A stretch of 59,840 bases of DNA from a virus (Duplodnaviria > Caudoviricetes). Under the pieces are notes generated by a model. It made no database searches, had not been told where the DNA came from, and saw nothing but the letters and a program-made list of their open reading frames with translations. Both the position numbers and the translations under genes were made by a program. The DNA lies in the IMG/VR virus record IMGVR_UViG_3300001336_000006, positions 1 to 59,840 of that record; one strand, given 5' to 3'. Below, one piece after another: positions 19,762-29,986 of the stretch. Each line of letters opens with the position of its first letter. The stretch's first letter is position 1.

Positions 19762-21429
19762 ATGGCTTTTCAATTGTCACCCGGAGTTAACGTCTCCGAA
19801 GTAGACTTGACAACGGTTGTTCCTTCCGTTGCAACTACGATTGGTGGTTTAGCCGGACATTTTGCGTGGGGACCAGTTGAGGAAATCGTCAGTGTTCCAA
19901 ATGAAATCCGTTTAGCAGAAGTTTTCGGTAAACCAAATAGTAACACGTTCCAACACTTTTTTACAGCGGCTAACTTTTTGTCGTATGGTAGCAATTTAAG
20001 GGTAGTAAGAGCTGTTAGTAATACTGCATTAAACTCCACAACTTCAGGTAATGGTGTTCAAATTAAAAATCAAATTGATTATGAACAGAACTACTCTGGA
20101 GGAACTGGAAGCGATGACTTTGTTGCAAAGTATCCCGGAGCTTTAGGCAATGCTCTGACGGTTTCTATTTCAGATTCTAATACACATTCTACATGGACAT
20201 ATTCGGGATTCTTCGATTCTGCTCCAGAAACTTCTGAATATGTGGAAACAAAACTGGGAAGTGATGATGAATTGCATATTGTTGTGGTTGATAGAACCGG
20301 AGAAATTACTGGAACAGCTAATACAGTTTTAGAAAGATTTGGTTATGTTTCAAAAGCTTCTGATGCAAAGAACTCAGACGGTACATCTAATTACTATAAA
20401 GATGTTATCAACAGTCGTTCACGCTATGTTTGGTGGACTAAACATAACGATGAAGGTACGAATTGGGGTTCAGAAGCTTCTGGAACAGATTTCGAGCTTT
20501 TAACTGCCGCTGATACCTTCAACCTTGCCGGTGGGGTTGATGTGACACCGGCAACCGGTGATCTTGTCAGAGCTTATGGGTTCTTTGAAAATGCAGATTC
20601 TGTAGATGTTTCATTGTTAATGGCGGGACCCGCTACAGATGAAACTGTTCCAAACTATCTTAAAAATTTGGCTGAATCGAGAAAAGATTGTTTGGTTTTC
20701 GTTTCACCCAAACAAACTGATGTTGTTGATAACTACGGTTCCGAAGCAAATTCTATCATTTCTACAAGAAATTCTTTTGAATCTTCGTCTTATGTAATTA
20801 TGGATAGTGGATACAAATATCAATATGATAAATATAATGACGTTTACCGTTGGGTTCCTTTGAATGGTGATATTGCTGGTTTAACTGCTAGAACAGATAA
20901 TGAGCGTGATCCTTGGTTCTCTCCAGCAGGATTTAATCGTGGAGCAATTAAGAATGTTGTTAAGCTTGCATACAATCCATCAAAAGATGATAGAGATTCT
21001 TTATATAAACTTGGAATAAATCCAGTAGTTACTTTTCCCGGTGAAGGAACAGTTCTTTATGGTGATAAGACTTTATTGTCAAGACCAAGCGCATTCGACA
21101 GAATCAATGTTCGTAGATTGTTTATAGTTTTAGAAAAATCTGTTGCTCGTGCCGCAAGAACAACATTATTCGAATTTAACGACGAGTTTACTCGTGCTCA
21201 GTTCGTTAACTTGGTAGAACCGTTCTTACGTGACGTGCAAGGTCGTCGTGGTATTTTTGACTTCCGTGTTGTTTGTGATACTACAAATAACACACCAGAA
21301 GTTATTGACCGTAATGAATTTGTCGGTGACATATACATTAAACCTGCACGTTCAATTAACTTTATCCAACTCAATTTCGTGGCTGTACGCACAGGCGTAA
21401 CCTTTCAGGAAGTGGTGGGACAATTTTAA
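19762..21429 (+). CDS. gp18: Tail sheath protein gp18
   Basis: SPGV.V.E.DLT, PWFSPAG.NRG, FDRINVRRLF, IKPARSINFI. Confidence 0.97.
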   Translation: MAFQLSPGVNVSEVDLTTVVPSVATTIGGLAGHFAWGPVEEIVSVPNEIRLAEVFGKPNSNTFQHFFTAANFLSYGSNLRVVRAVSNTALNSTTSGNGVQIKNQIDYEQNYSGGTGSDDFVAKYPGALGNALTVSISDSNTHSTWTYSGFFDSAPETSEYVETKLGSDDELHIVVVDRTGEITGTANTVLERFGYVSKASDAKNSDGTSNYYKDVINSRSRYVWWTKHNDEGTNWGSEASGTDFELLTAADTFNLAGGVDVTPATGDLVRAYGFFENADSVDVSLLMAGPATDETVPNYLKNLAESRKDCLVFVSPKQTDVVDNYGSEANSIISTRNSFESSSYVIMDSGYKYQYDKYNDVYRWVPLNGDIAGLTARTDNERDPWFSPAGFNRGAIKNVVKLAYNPSKDDRDSLYKLGINPVVTFPGEGTVLYGDKTLLSRPSAFDRINVRRLFIVLEKSVARAARTTLFEFNDEFTRAQFVNLVEPFLRDVQGRRGIFDFRVVCDTTNNTPEVIDRNEFVGDIYIKPARSINFIQLNFVAVRTGVTFQEVVGQF

Positions 21430-21455
21430 GTAGGTAGTAGGTAAGTTCTAATAAT

Positions 21456-21489
21456 CATAAATACTCTCAATAAAACGGGAGTATTTATG
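21456..21489 (+). promoter_or_regulatory. Late promoter (CATAAATA) embedded in a 13-bp hairpin that sequesters the SD and ATG of the endonuclease gene
   Basis: CATAAATACTCTC (21456-21468) pairs with GGGAGTATTTATG (21477-21489), one G-U pair. Confidence 0.8.
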
Positions 21490-22104
21490 ATAAAAATATA
21501 CACAATTTATAAGGCAACAAATATAAAAAACAATAAATGTTATATTGGAATAGATTTAAACTGGTCACATAGAATTTCGGCCCACAAAGCTGCTGTGAAA
21601 CGAGGTTCAAATCTTTTATTCCATAATGCAATTAGAAAACATGGATTGGAAAATTTCAAGTGGGAAATACTTTATCAATCTAAAGATTTATTCCACGCAA
21701 AAAATGAAATGGAAAAATTTTTTATATTAAGAGAAAATTCTTTTTTTGAAAACGGTTTTGGATACAACATGACTTTGGGTGGTGAAGCAACTCTTGGTTG
21801 GAAACCATCTCTGGAAACTAGAAAAAAAATTAGTGAATCAAAAAAAGGAACTGCTGCGTGGAATAAAGGTAAAAAAATGTCGGAAACGTTTATTGAAAAT
21901 AATAGAAAAGCACAAACAGGATTGGTGCGAGAAAAACAAAGAAAAACGTATATGATAACAAACCCCGAAGGAAAAAAATTTGTCATTAAAGGATTAAAAA
22001 AATTCTGCAAAGAAAATAATCTCCATGTTGGTAATATGTGTTCGGTTTCCCAAGGAAAATTGAATCATTATAAAAAATGGAAATGTATCCGTTTAGACAC
22101 ATAA
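21487..22104 (+). mobile_element. Free-standing GIY-YIG (Seg-like) homing endonuclease
   Basis: TIYK.TN..N.KCYIG, R..H, GYNMT.GG, NUMOD3-like SLETRKKISES; inserted between gp18 and gp19. Confidence 0.9.
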
Positions 22105-22107
22105 ATA
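22100..22107 (+). promoter_or_regulatory. Late promoter CATAAATA
   Basis: Upstream of the gp19 RBS (AGGAG). Confidence 0.7.
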
Positions 22108-22132
22108 ATAAAAAGATAGGAGAAACACTAAA

Positions 22133-22678
22133 ATGGCTTTTTCAGTAAATGAATTCCGCTCTCAAATGCAGGGAGATGGTGCTCGTCCAAATTTGTTCGA
22201 GGTCACTATGCCTTTCCCTGCCTTTGCTGCTCCGGGAAACGCACAAACAAAAATGACGTTCATGTGCAAAACCGCTCAGTTACCGGGTGCCACAGTAGGT
22301 ATCGTTCCCGTTCAATATTTTGGACGTGAATTGAAATTTGCTGGTAATCGTACCTTTGTTGATTGGACGGTTTCTGTTTTGAACGATGAGGATTTTGTGG
22401 TTCGTAACGCTTTTGAAAGGTGGCTGAATGGGATCAATTCCCATGCAGGTAACTTGAGAACAGAAGCTGCACAAACTCCTCTTGGTTACACAGTAGATTC
22501 AGAAGTTAGACAGTTTGCAAAAGCTGGTGACACTATTAAGAAGTATAAGTTTATTGGAATGTTTCCAACAGACGTGTCACCTATTGATGTTGATTGGGGT
22601 TCTAACGATGTTATTGAAGAATTTACAGTAACCTTCTCATACCAATGGTGGGAGTCCGTTGAGGACAACGTAGCATAA
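22133..22678 (+). CDS. gp19: Tail tube protein gp19
   Basis: GARPNLFEV, GRELK.AG.RTF.DW, IEEF.VT..YQWW. Confidence 0.96.
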   Translation: MAFSVNEFRSQMQGDGARPNLFEVTMPFPAFAAPGNAQTKMTFMCKTAQLPGATVGIVPVQYFGRELKFAGNRTFVDWTVSVLNDEDFVVRNAFERWLNGINSHAGNLRTEAAQTPLGYTVDSEVRQFAKAGDTIKKYKFIGMFPTDVSPIDVDWGSNDVIEEFTVTFSYQWWESVEDNVA

Positions 22679-22683
22679 GTAGA

Positions 22684-22712
22684 GAGAGGGATTGATTCCC
22701 TCTCCTATCTTC
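22684..22712 (+). terminator. Hairpin after gp19 (possible weak terminator or processing site)
   Basis: GAGAGGGA-ttgat-TCCCTCTC with a poor U-tract. Confidence 0.5.
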
Positions 22713-22735
22713 ATAATGATTAAAAGGAAAATTGA

Positions 22736-24346
22736 GTGGCTGTAAAACTATTTGGATTCACACTAGGAGCTAAAGACATTGTTCGGGAAGAAAAACCTGA
22801 ACAACGATCTTTTGCGCTCCCAACAGAAGCACTTGATGATGGTGCTGTAACTATTACACAAAATGCTCACTACGGAACATATGTTGATCTGGAGGGGGCT
22901 GCTCGTAATGACTTAGAATTGATTACTCGTTATCGTGAAATGGCTAATCACCCGGAATGTGATAATGCCGTTACAGAGATTGTTGACGAAGCAATCACGA
23001 GCGATCCTTCGGGAAAAACTGTAGATATCGTTTTAGACGAATTGAAACAACCAGATAGTATCAAGAAGAAAATTAATGAAGAGTTCCAGAATATTCTTCG
23101 TTTAATGAATTTTCAAAATCTTTCTGATGACATTTTTAGACGATGGTATATTGATGGTAGATTATATTATCATGTTGTCGTAAACGAAAACAATCCAAAA
23201 CAAGGAATTCAAGAACTTCGTTATGTCGATCCAAGAAAAATACGTAAAGTGCGTGAAATCAAAAAAGATCGTGACCCAAAAACTGGAGCACAAATAATTG
23301 TTTCTATTGCTGAGTATTATGTTTTCAACGATAAAGGAACAACTACTCAAACTTATACTTCAGGAACAAATCAGGGGCTAAAGGTTGCGGCAGAATCTGT
23401 TATTAACGTAAATTCAGGATTAATGGATGCCAAAAGTACATTCGTTATTTCATATTTACATAAAGCAATCAAGCCGCTAAATCAACTTCGTATGGTTGAA
23501 GATGCTGTAGTTATCTACAGACTATCGAGAGCACCAGAAAGAAGAATTTTTTATATTGATGTTGGTAACTTACCTAAAGGTAAAGCGGAACAGTATCTGC
23601 GTGACATCATGATTAAATATAAAAACAAAATGGTTTACGATGCCAACACTGGCGAACTTCGTGATGATCGTAAACATATGTCGATGCTTGAAGATTTCTG
23701 GTTGCCTCGGAGAGAGGGTGGTAAAGGTACTGAAATTACAACGCTACCCGCTGGTCAGAACTTAGGTGAAATGGATGATGTTTTATACTTCCAAAAAAAG
23801 CTTCTTCAATCTATGAATGTTCCATATTCTAGACTAGACCCACAAGGCGGTGGTTTAGTAGGTATTGGAAGATCAACTGAAGTTACTAGAGATGAACTTA
23901 AATTCAATAAATTCATTCAAAAAATCAGAAATAGATTTTCTCAAATTTTTGATGATGCATTGAAAATTCAATTGGTATTAAAAGGTATTTGTACCGAGGA
24001 AGAGTGGGACGAATTTAAAGAATATATTTCTTACGATTTTAAAAGAGATAATAATTTTACCGAACTTAGAGAAGCTGAACTTTTAAGAGAAAGGCTTGCC
24101 ACTTTAGCTCAAGTAGATCCTTTTGTGGGAAGATATTTTTCGGAAACATGGGTGAAGAAAAATATTTTGATGTTGACAGACGAACAAATAGAAGAAATGG
24201 TCAAAGAAATGGAATCTGAAGAACCATCAGAAGAGGAACAGCAAATGAATCAGTCTCAACAACCTCAAGACAATTCTCGCAACTCGAATGATCAAACAGA
24301 GTCTGCAACACCAGATTTAGATAGCAATATTCAGAAGTATACATAA
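22736..24346 (+). CDS. gp20: Portal vertex protein gp20
   Basis: WYIDGR, YRLSRAPERRIFYIDVGNLPK, EDFWLPRREGG.GTEI; GTG start. Confidence 0.97.
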   Translation: MAVKLFGFTLGAKDIVREEKPEQRSFALPTEALDDGAVTITQNAHYGTYVDLEGAARNDLELITRYREMANHPECDNAVTEIVDEAITSDPSGKTVDIVLDELKQPDSIKKKINEEFQNILRLMNFQNLSDDIFRRWYIDGRLYYHVVVNENNPKQGIQELRYVDPRKIRKVREIKKDRDPKTGAQIIVSIAEYYVFNDKGTTTQTYTSGTNQGLKVAAESVINVNSGLMDAKSTFVISYLHKAIKPLNQLRMVEDAVVIYRLSRAPERRIFYIDVGNLPKGKAEQYLRDIMIKYKNKMVYDANTGELRDDRKHMSMLEDFWLPRREGGKGTEITTLPAGQNLGEMDDVLYFQKKLLQSMNVPYSRLDPQGGGLVGIGRSTEVTRDELKFNKFIQKIRNRFSQIFDDALKIQLVLKGICTEEEWDEFKEYISYDFKRDNNFTELREAELLRERLATLAQVDPFVGRYFSETWVKKNILMLTDEQIEEMVKEMESEEPSEEEQQMNQSQQPQDNSRNSNDQTESATPDLDSNIQKYT

Positions 24347-24348
24347 TA

Positions 24349-24356
24349 TATAAATA
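24349..24356 (+). promoter_or_regulatory. Late promoter TATAAATA
   Basis: Exact consensus upstream of the gp67-like ORF. Confidence 0.8.
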
Positions 24357-24378
24357 AAAATATAGTAAGGAGTTACAC

Positions 24379-24552
24379 ATGGATCAAATTAAAAATTTTA
24401 TTAATGCTATTGCTAAAGGTGAAAATACTGAAGCTAAATCTTTTTTGGAAGATGAGCTGGCAGCTAGAGCTTTTGAAGCCCTTGAAGATAAAAAAAGAGA
24501 TATTTCAGCAACATTGTTTGGGACAGTGGAAGCAACCGAAGACACTGAATAA
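24379..24552 (+). CDS. gp67: Small prohead core protein (gp67-like), 57 aa, absent from the ORF track
   Basis: AAGGAG RBS; MDQIKNFINAIAKGENTEAKSFLEDELAARAFEALEDKKRDISATLFG...; position after gp20. Confidence 0.75.
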   Translation: MDQIKNFINAIAKGENTEAKSFLEDELAARAFEALEDKKRDISATLFGTVEATEDTE

Positions 24553-24563
24553 ATGGATTTAAA

Positions 24564-25427
24564 ATGAAATCTTTAAAAAACTTCAAAAACGAATTTTTAG
24601 AAACACTGGATGAAGGTATTCAATATTCTTCTGATTACAAACTTTCTGCTTCAGGTAGAAAAGTTCGTGCACGAAGATTGAAACTTTCTGACGATCCACC
24701 TTCGAGTGAAATTTCTGCAGTTAAAGAAGGTTTAGAAGAAAGTGTTATTTACTCGTCAGATTTTAAACTTTCACCTTCGGGTAGGAAAATTCGTGCACGA
24801 AGATTTAGAATTTCAGACGATCCTAACATTGTTGACGATGAATTGGAATTAGAAAGGCAAGAAAAAAGAGATAAAGAAACAGAAAGAGAACTAGAAAAAG
24901 AAAAAGAACAAGCAGACAAATATAATCAAAAGAAAGATCACACTAAAGAAAAAAAATCAAAAGAAAGAAACAAACAAGTTAAAGAAGATTATGAAATTTA
25001 TGAATCTTCCAATAAAGCACCATACCGAGGAATGCCTCCATTTACTTTGGTATTAAAAAGAAAAGCTATTAGACAATATCCAAATGATACAAGAGTAGCT
25101 TTATATTGGAGCGACAAACTAAAAACAAACTTCACTGTTCCTTATGAAGATAAAGGAAAAATTTCTGGTGTAATTCAAGCGGAATCTGTTGATTTGAAAG
25201 AAAATGTGTTGGATAAACTGAATCAAATTGTTCAAGATAAAAAATCTATGATGATAGAGTTTAATTCTGGTCACACAAAAAAAATTGATCATTTAACTGC
25301 TTTTGCAATTACTAATGTTTACGGTAATTTGAACGAAGAAAATAAAAAGAAGTTTTCTAATATGTTAGAAGAATCTCCAGAACATTTTTCTAAAGCAACA
25401 GATTTCGCTTTTAAAAACATAAAATGA
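24564..25427 (+). CDS. Putative prohead core/internal protein with a duplicated basic module
   Basis: Lies between the gp67- and gp68-like genes; PP..LVLKRKAIRQYP..VALY motif; two YSSDxKLSxSGRK.RARR copies. Confidence 0.7.
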   Translation: MKSLKNFKNEFLETLDEGIQYSSDYKLSASGRKVRARRLKLSDDPPSSEISAVKEGLEESVIYSSDFKLSPSGRKIRARRFRISDDPNIVDDELELERQEKRDKETERELEKEKEQADKYNQKKDHTKEKKSKERNKQVKEDYEIYESSNKAPYRGMPPFTLVLKRKAIRQYPNDTRVALYWSDKLKTNFTVPYEDKGKISGVIQAESVDLKENVLDKLNQIVQDKKSMMIEFNSGHTKKIDHLTAFAITNVYGNLNEENKKKFSNMLEESPEHFSKATDFAFKNIK

Positions 25428-25876
25428 AAATAATAAATTTAATTGCGACAAACAAATTGTCTGAAGCAAAAAACCATATTGTTGATAATCTAAATACAAT
25501 TTTAGAAAGAAAATTGCAACAGTATAAAAAATATGTTTCCGAAATGGTTTATGAGCCTGATGATGAGGTTCTTAATGAAGCTGTTGCGAGAAAAACAACA
25601 AATATTATTCGTATGGGTCGAGTTAATAGAATACGAAGAAGAATACGAAGAAATAAACAAGGAAGAATAGTAGTACAAACTAATAGACGAAGATCTAATG
25701 TAGCGGGATTCAGAATTTCCGGAAGCGGGATGAAACGGATTACCGCAGTTCAAAGAATCAATAAAGCAAGAAAATTAAAAAGATATTGGAAAGCTAAAGG
25801 TCGTGCATCATTGCAGAGAAGAAAAATAAAAAGAACCATGTCTATGCGTAGACGTGCATCTATGGGAATAAGATAA
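25424..25876 (+). CDS. gp68: Prohead core protein gp68-like
   Basis: Highly Arg/Lys-rich C-terminus ending SMRRRASMG; synteny. Confidence 0.7.
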   Translation: MKIINLIATNKLSEAKNHIVDNLNTILERKLQQYKKYVSEMVYEPDDEVLNEAVARKTTNIIRMGRVNRIRRRIRRNKQGRIVVQTNRRRSNVAGFRISGSGMKRITAVQRINKARKLKRYWKAKGRASLQRRKIKRTMSMRRRASMGIR

Positions 25877-25877
25877 T

Positions 25878-26231
25878 ATGGCATACGAAGTAACAAACAC
25901 TAGAAGAGGATCTTCTATTATTAGATGTGAAGGTGCAAGCACAAACAATATTGCACTTTCAGAACTTTCAACGAACACATCAATAGAAACTATTTCGAAC
26001 GCACAAATAAAACGTGTTGCTTGGTCCACGGGTGGAAGTATTGAAATTTCTAGAGATTCTGACACGGTTGCAACGTTGTATGGAAGTGGTGAAATGAGGT
26101 TGGATGATTTTGGACATTCTATTGCGAATAATGCTACATCAGATATCACGGTTACTATTGCGACAGGCGGAACATGTTTCATCGAAGTTTCTAAAACCGC
26201 AGTTTACACAACAGATTTGGATCAACTATGA
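25878..26231 (+). CDS. Hypothetical virion protein
   Basis: 117-aa ORF coupled between the gp68-like gene and gp21. Confidence 0.7.
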   Translation: MAYEVTNTRRGSSIIRCEGASTNNIALSELSTNTSIETISNAQIKRVAWSTGGSIEISRDSDTVATLYGSGEMRLDDFGHSIANNATSDITVTIATGGTCFIEVSKTAVYTTDLDQL

Positions 26232-26878
26232 AATTAATTACAGAAACCACCGAAGACGTACAGTATTTGGTTGAAGCAACTGAAGACGGTAAAAAGTCAT
26301 TGTATATAACTGGACCTTTTTTAGTTTATGATCGTCCTAATAGAAATGGAAGAATGTATTCTAAACCGGTTTTGGAAAGAGAAGTCAATAGATACAATGA
26401 ACAATATGTTCAAACAAAAAGAGCGTTAGGTGAACTTGGACACCCAGATACCCCAACAATTAATTTAGAGCGTGTATCACATGTTATTACTGAATTAAAA
26501 GATGATGGTGAATGTTTCATAGGTAAAGCAAAAATTCTTGAAACGCCATACGGAAATATCGTTAAAAATTTTATGGATTCTGGTGTCAGTTTGGGTGTTT
26601 CTTCTAGAGGCATGGGTTCTTTAAAACCTAACAATGAAGGTATCAATTTGGTACAAGACGATTTCAAACTTGCAACTGCTGCAGACATTGTTGCTGACCC
26701 TTCAGCACCCGGAGCGTTCGTTAACGGTATTATGGAAAACAAAGAATGGTTATTTGTCGAAGGTCGGTTTGTTGAAATTGATATCGACAATGCTAAAAAA
26801 CAAATAAGACAAGCGAGTAAAAAGGAAATTGAAACAGTTGCATACAAATTGTTCGAAAACTTTTTATCAAAACTTTAA
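26228..26878 (+). CDS. gp21: Prohead protease gp21
   Basis: NRNGR.Y, ALGELGHP, LGVSSRGMGS, DIVADPSAP.AFV. Confidence 0.97.
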   Translation: MKLITETTEDVQYLVEATEDGKKSLYITGPFLVYDRPNRNGRMYSKPVLEREVNRYNEQYVQTKRALGELGHPDTPTINLERVSHVITELKDDGECFIGKAKILETPYGNIVKNFMDSGVSLGVSSRGMGSLKPNNEGINLVQDDFKLATAADIVADPSAPGAFVNGIMENKEWLFVEGRFVEIDIDNAKKQIRQASKKEIETVAYKLFENFLSKL

Positions 26879-26881
26879 TTT

Positions 26882-26889
26882 TATAAATA
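26882..26889 (+). promoter_or_regulatory. Late promoter TATAAATA
   Basis: Exact consensus upstream of gp22. Confidence 0.85.
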
Positions 26890-26913
26890 AGATAATACAA
26901 AAGGAGATTCCTA

Positions 26914-27984
26914 ATGGCAACAAACAAATTATTTGAAGCTGCTTCCGACATTCTTTCTAAGAGTCATTCGGCGGCTCCAGCAATGCCTCCAGAAAAATTG
27001 GATGGTGAAGTTCAGGATTTGGGTGGACCAACATATCAAAATGCTGCTCCCATGAATCATTCTGAAAGAATTAAAGCATCAGATAAAGCTCCTGATACTT
27101 CAGCAAAAAATAAACAATCAATTTCAACAAAGCCATCTGCTGCTTCACCAGACAAGCAAGAAATGCTTGGTAAAGGTAAGAAAACCATGCACGGTGAAGA
27201 TGTTGATTCTGACGACGAAAACTATATTGCTGAAGATGAGCAAGAACAACAGGGTTTAGATCTTTCAGAAGACATCAACGCTATGTTTGGAGATGAACAA
27301 ATTTCTGAAGAATTCCGTTCAAAAGTTACAACCATTTTCGAAGCTCGTGTTTACGATAAACTTTCTCAAATTCAAGAACAAATGGAATCTGAATATGCTT
27401 CTATGTTAGAAGAAGCTGTTGATTCTATTCAACAAGATTTAACAGAAAAAGTAAACGACTATCTGTCATATGTTGTTGAACAGTGGATTAGTGAAAACGA
27501 AATCGCTGTAGAATCTGGTTTGCGTTCTGAACTGACCGAAGAGTTTATTGTCGGTTTGAGAAATCTATTTGCTGAACATTATATCGATGTTCCAGAAGAA
27601 AAAACCGATTTGGTTGAAGAGTTAGCTACAAAAGTGGAAGAACTCGAATCCAAGTTAAATGAAGAAATTGAATATGGCATCGAAATCAAAAGAGCATTAG
27701 TCGAGGCTGTTAAATTAGAAATCGCCCATCAAATCACTGAAGGGTTGACTGCAACTCAAGCTGAAAAAATCAAATCACTCGCAGAGGGTGTAGATTATTC
27801 CACAGAGGAAGATTATAGAGAAAAGCTTGAAACAATTCGTGAAAATTATTTCCCATCGGAAACAAAAAAAGCGGATGCTCGTCAACTTCGTGAACAGGTG
27901 GAAGAAAACGATGAACAAAAGAGTGTCTCATCAGACCCATATGTTCAATCTGTTATGCAAGCTATTACAAAAACTAAAATTTAA
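26914..27984 (+). CDS. gp22: Prohead scaffold protein gp22
   Basis: SEEF..K..TIFEA, YL.YVVEQW, LF.EHYI.VP, KL.TIRENYF. Confidence 0.95.
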   Translation: MATNKLFEAASDILSKSHSAAPAMPPEKLDGEVQDLGGPTYQNAAPMNHSERIKASDKAPDTSAKNKQSISTKPSAASPDKQEMLGKGKKTMHGEDVDSDDENYIAEDEQEQQGLDLSEDINAMFGDEQISEEFRSKVTTIFEARVYDKLSQIQEQMESEYASMLEEAVDSIQQDLTEKVNDYLSYVVEQWISENEIAVESGLRSELTEEFIVGLRNLFAEHYIDVPEEKTDLVEELATKVEELESKLNEEIEYGIEIKRALVEAVKLEIAHQITEGLTATQAEKIKSLAEGVDYSTEEDYREKLETIRENYFPSETKKADARQLREQVEENDEQKSVSSDPYVQSVMQAITKTKI

Positions 27985-28009
27985 AAAAGTAATCTAAAAG
28001 GAGACATTT

Positions 28010-29344
28010 ATGTATTTGTCAGAAAATTTACAAAAAAAATGGCAACCAGTTCTCGAACACACGGATTTGCCAGAAATTAAAGATCCATATCGCAAAGCTA
28101 TTACAGCTTTGGTTTTGGAAAACCAACAACAGTCTATGTTGAAGGAAGCTGGTATTCTTAACGAATCATCTCCAGCTAACTCGGCTGGTACCGGTGGTTT
28201 CACTGCTGGTGCTACTGCAACAGGTCCAGTCGCTGGTTTCGATCCAATTCTAATTTCGTTGGTTCGCCGTTCACTTCCAAACTTGATCGCTTATGACGTT
28301 TGTGGTGTTCAACCAATGACGGGTCCTTCAGGTTTGATCTTTGCAATGCGTTCAACATACGGCACAAACCGTGACATTAATAATAATGCAGTTGAAGCAT
28401 TCTATAACGAAGCTAACACTCAGTATGCTGGTGCAAACACACACGGTGCGTTTTCTCTTGCTGCTAATACAGCTTTGGGTAACGGTAACGTTTTCGCTTC
28501 AAACATGACAACAGGTACAGGTATGCCAACAGCTACCGCTGAAGGTTTGACACCTGAAGAAATGGGATTCTCTATCGAGAAAGTTAACGTTGTTGCTAAG
28601 ACACGTGCTCTGAAAGCTGAGTACTCAATCGAATTGGCTCAAGACTTGAAAGCTGTTCATGGTCTTGACGCTGAAACAGAATTGGCTAACATTCTTTCTT
28701 CAGAAATTCTTGCCGAAATCAACCGTGAAGTTCTTCGCACAATCTATCTAACCGCTAAGGTTGGTGCTCAAACAGGTACTACAACTGCTGGTACTTTTGA
28801 CTTGGATACCGATTCGAATGGTCGCTGGATGGTCGAGAAGATCAAAGGTTTGGCATATCAGTTGGAGCGTGAAGCTAATACTATCGCCAAGACAACTCGT
28901 CGTGGTAAGGGTAACGTTATCATCTGTTCTTCAGATGTAGCGTCTGCTTTTGCAATGGCTGGTATTCTTGACTATAACTCAGCTTTGCAAAGCCAAGTTA
29001 ATCTGCAAGTTGATGACACCGGTAATACTTTTGCTGGTACAATGTTTGGTCGTCTGAAGGTCTATATCGACCCATACTTCCCAACAACTTCAACTTCAGA
29101 GTTTGCAGTTATTGGCTTCAAAGGTTCAAATGCTTATGACGCTGGTTTGTTCTACTGCCCATACGTTCCTCTGCAAATGGTTCGTGCAGTTGACACAAAT
29201 ACCTTCCAACCAAAGATTGGCTTCAAGACTCGTTACGGTCTAGTTGCTAACCCATTTGCTGAAGGTACAGCTCAAGGTCAAGGCGCATTGAATCCAATGA
29301 GCAACGTTTACTACAGAGCCATGAAAATAGCTAACATAATGTAA
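28010..29344 (+). CDS. gp23: Major capsid protein gp23
   Basis: FDPILISLVRR..PNLIAYD.CGVQPM.GP, ELAQDLKAVHGLDAE, FQPKIGFKTRYG. Confidence 0.98.
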   Translation: MYLSENLQKKWQPVLEHTDLPEIKDPYRKAITALVLENQQQSMLKEAGILNESSPANSAGTGGFTAGATATGPVAGFDPILISLVRRSLPNLIAYDVCGVQPMTGPSGLIFAMRSTYGTNRDINNNAVEAFYNEANTQYAGANTHGAFSLAANTALGNGNVFASNMTTGTGMPTATAEGLTPEEMGFSIEKVNVVAKTRALKAEYSIELAQDLKAVHGLDAETELANILSSEILAEINREVLRTIYLTAKVGAQTGTTTAGTFDLDTDSNGRWMVEKIKGLAYQLEREANTIAKTTRRGKGNVIICSSDVASAFAMAGILDYNSALQSQVNLQVDDTGNTFAGTMFGRLKVYIDPYFPTTSTSEFAVIGFKGSNAYDAGLFYCPYVPLQMVRAVDTNTFQPKIGFKTRYGLVANPFAEGTAQGQGALNPMSNVYYRAMKIANIM

Positions 29345-29375
29345 ACAAAAAAATCACCGTTAAGAGTGATATTTT

Positions 29376-29406
29376 AGAGGGAGGACGAAAGTTCTCCCTT
29401 TTTTTA
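29376..29406 (+). terminator. Rho-independent terminator after gp23
   Basis: AGAGGGAGGAC-GAAA-GTTCTCCCTTT followed by a T-run. Confidence 0.9.
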
Positions 29407-29414
29407 TATAAATA
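29407..29414 (+). promoter_or_regulatory. Late promoter TATAAATA
   Basis: Consensus only 5 nt before the gp3 ATG, so the transcript would be essentially leaderless. Confidence 0.7.
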
Positions 29415-29419
29415 AAGAC

Positions 29420-29953
29420 ATGAGCATACTAGATAAAATACCAACCAATCCGAATTTTCTTCAACCGAACAAGTATCAGTTGAGCTTTTCGAGATCCCCA
29501 AGTTTACAATATTTTTGTCAAGCTCTTAGTGTTCCGGGTATAGCTTTAAATGAAATACCTAGACAAACACCATTTGTAGATTTATATCATCCGGGCGAAA
29601 AAGCTATTTACGATGTATTAAACGTCACCTTTATTGTTGATGAAGAAATGAAATCTTGGTTAGAAATACATGATTGGGTTAGAGCTTTGACCTTTCCAAA
29701 AGAATTTCAAGAATATCAAGATTTGGCTAGGTTGTCTAAGTATACTGGTAATGTTGATAGACCACAATATTCTGATGCAACATTAACTTTTTTATCTTCC
29801 GCAAATACACCGGTAGTTAGATTCAAGTTTTATGATTGTTTTCCGTTATCTGTTTCGGCATTTGTTATGTCTTCACAAGAGTCACCTGACAATATAGTAA
29901 CAGCGGATGCAACTTTTCGATACGCATATTATGATATTGAAAGATTAAATTAA
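29420..29953 (+). CDS. gp3: Tail completion/tube terminator gp3
   Basis: NFLQP, YFCQ...PG, FIVDE, YSDATL, F.D.FP. Confidence 0.88.
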   Translation: MSILDKIPTNPNFLQPNKYQLSFSRSPSLQYFCQALSVPGIALNEIPRQTPFVDLYHPGEKAIYDVLNVTFIVDEEMKSWLEIHDWVRALTFPKEFQEYQDLARLSKYTGNVDRPQYSDATLTFLSSANTPVVRFKFYDCFPLSVSAFVMSSQESPDNIVTADATFRYAYYDIERLN

Positions 29954-29965
29954 TTATGTTATAAT
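29937..29965 (+). promoter_or_regulatory. Sigma70-type (early/middle) promoter for uvsY
   Basis: TTGAAA-N17-TATAAT with an extended TG. Confidence 0.75.
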
Positions 29966-29986
29966 CCTCTTAGGAGGTTATTGTTT

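Noticed and set aside
21430-22132. Group I intron around the GIY-YIG or HNH genes
   Set aside because: Flanking genes are complete and there is too little non-coding sequence for an intron core; both genes have their own promoters
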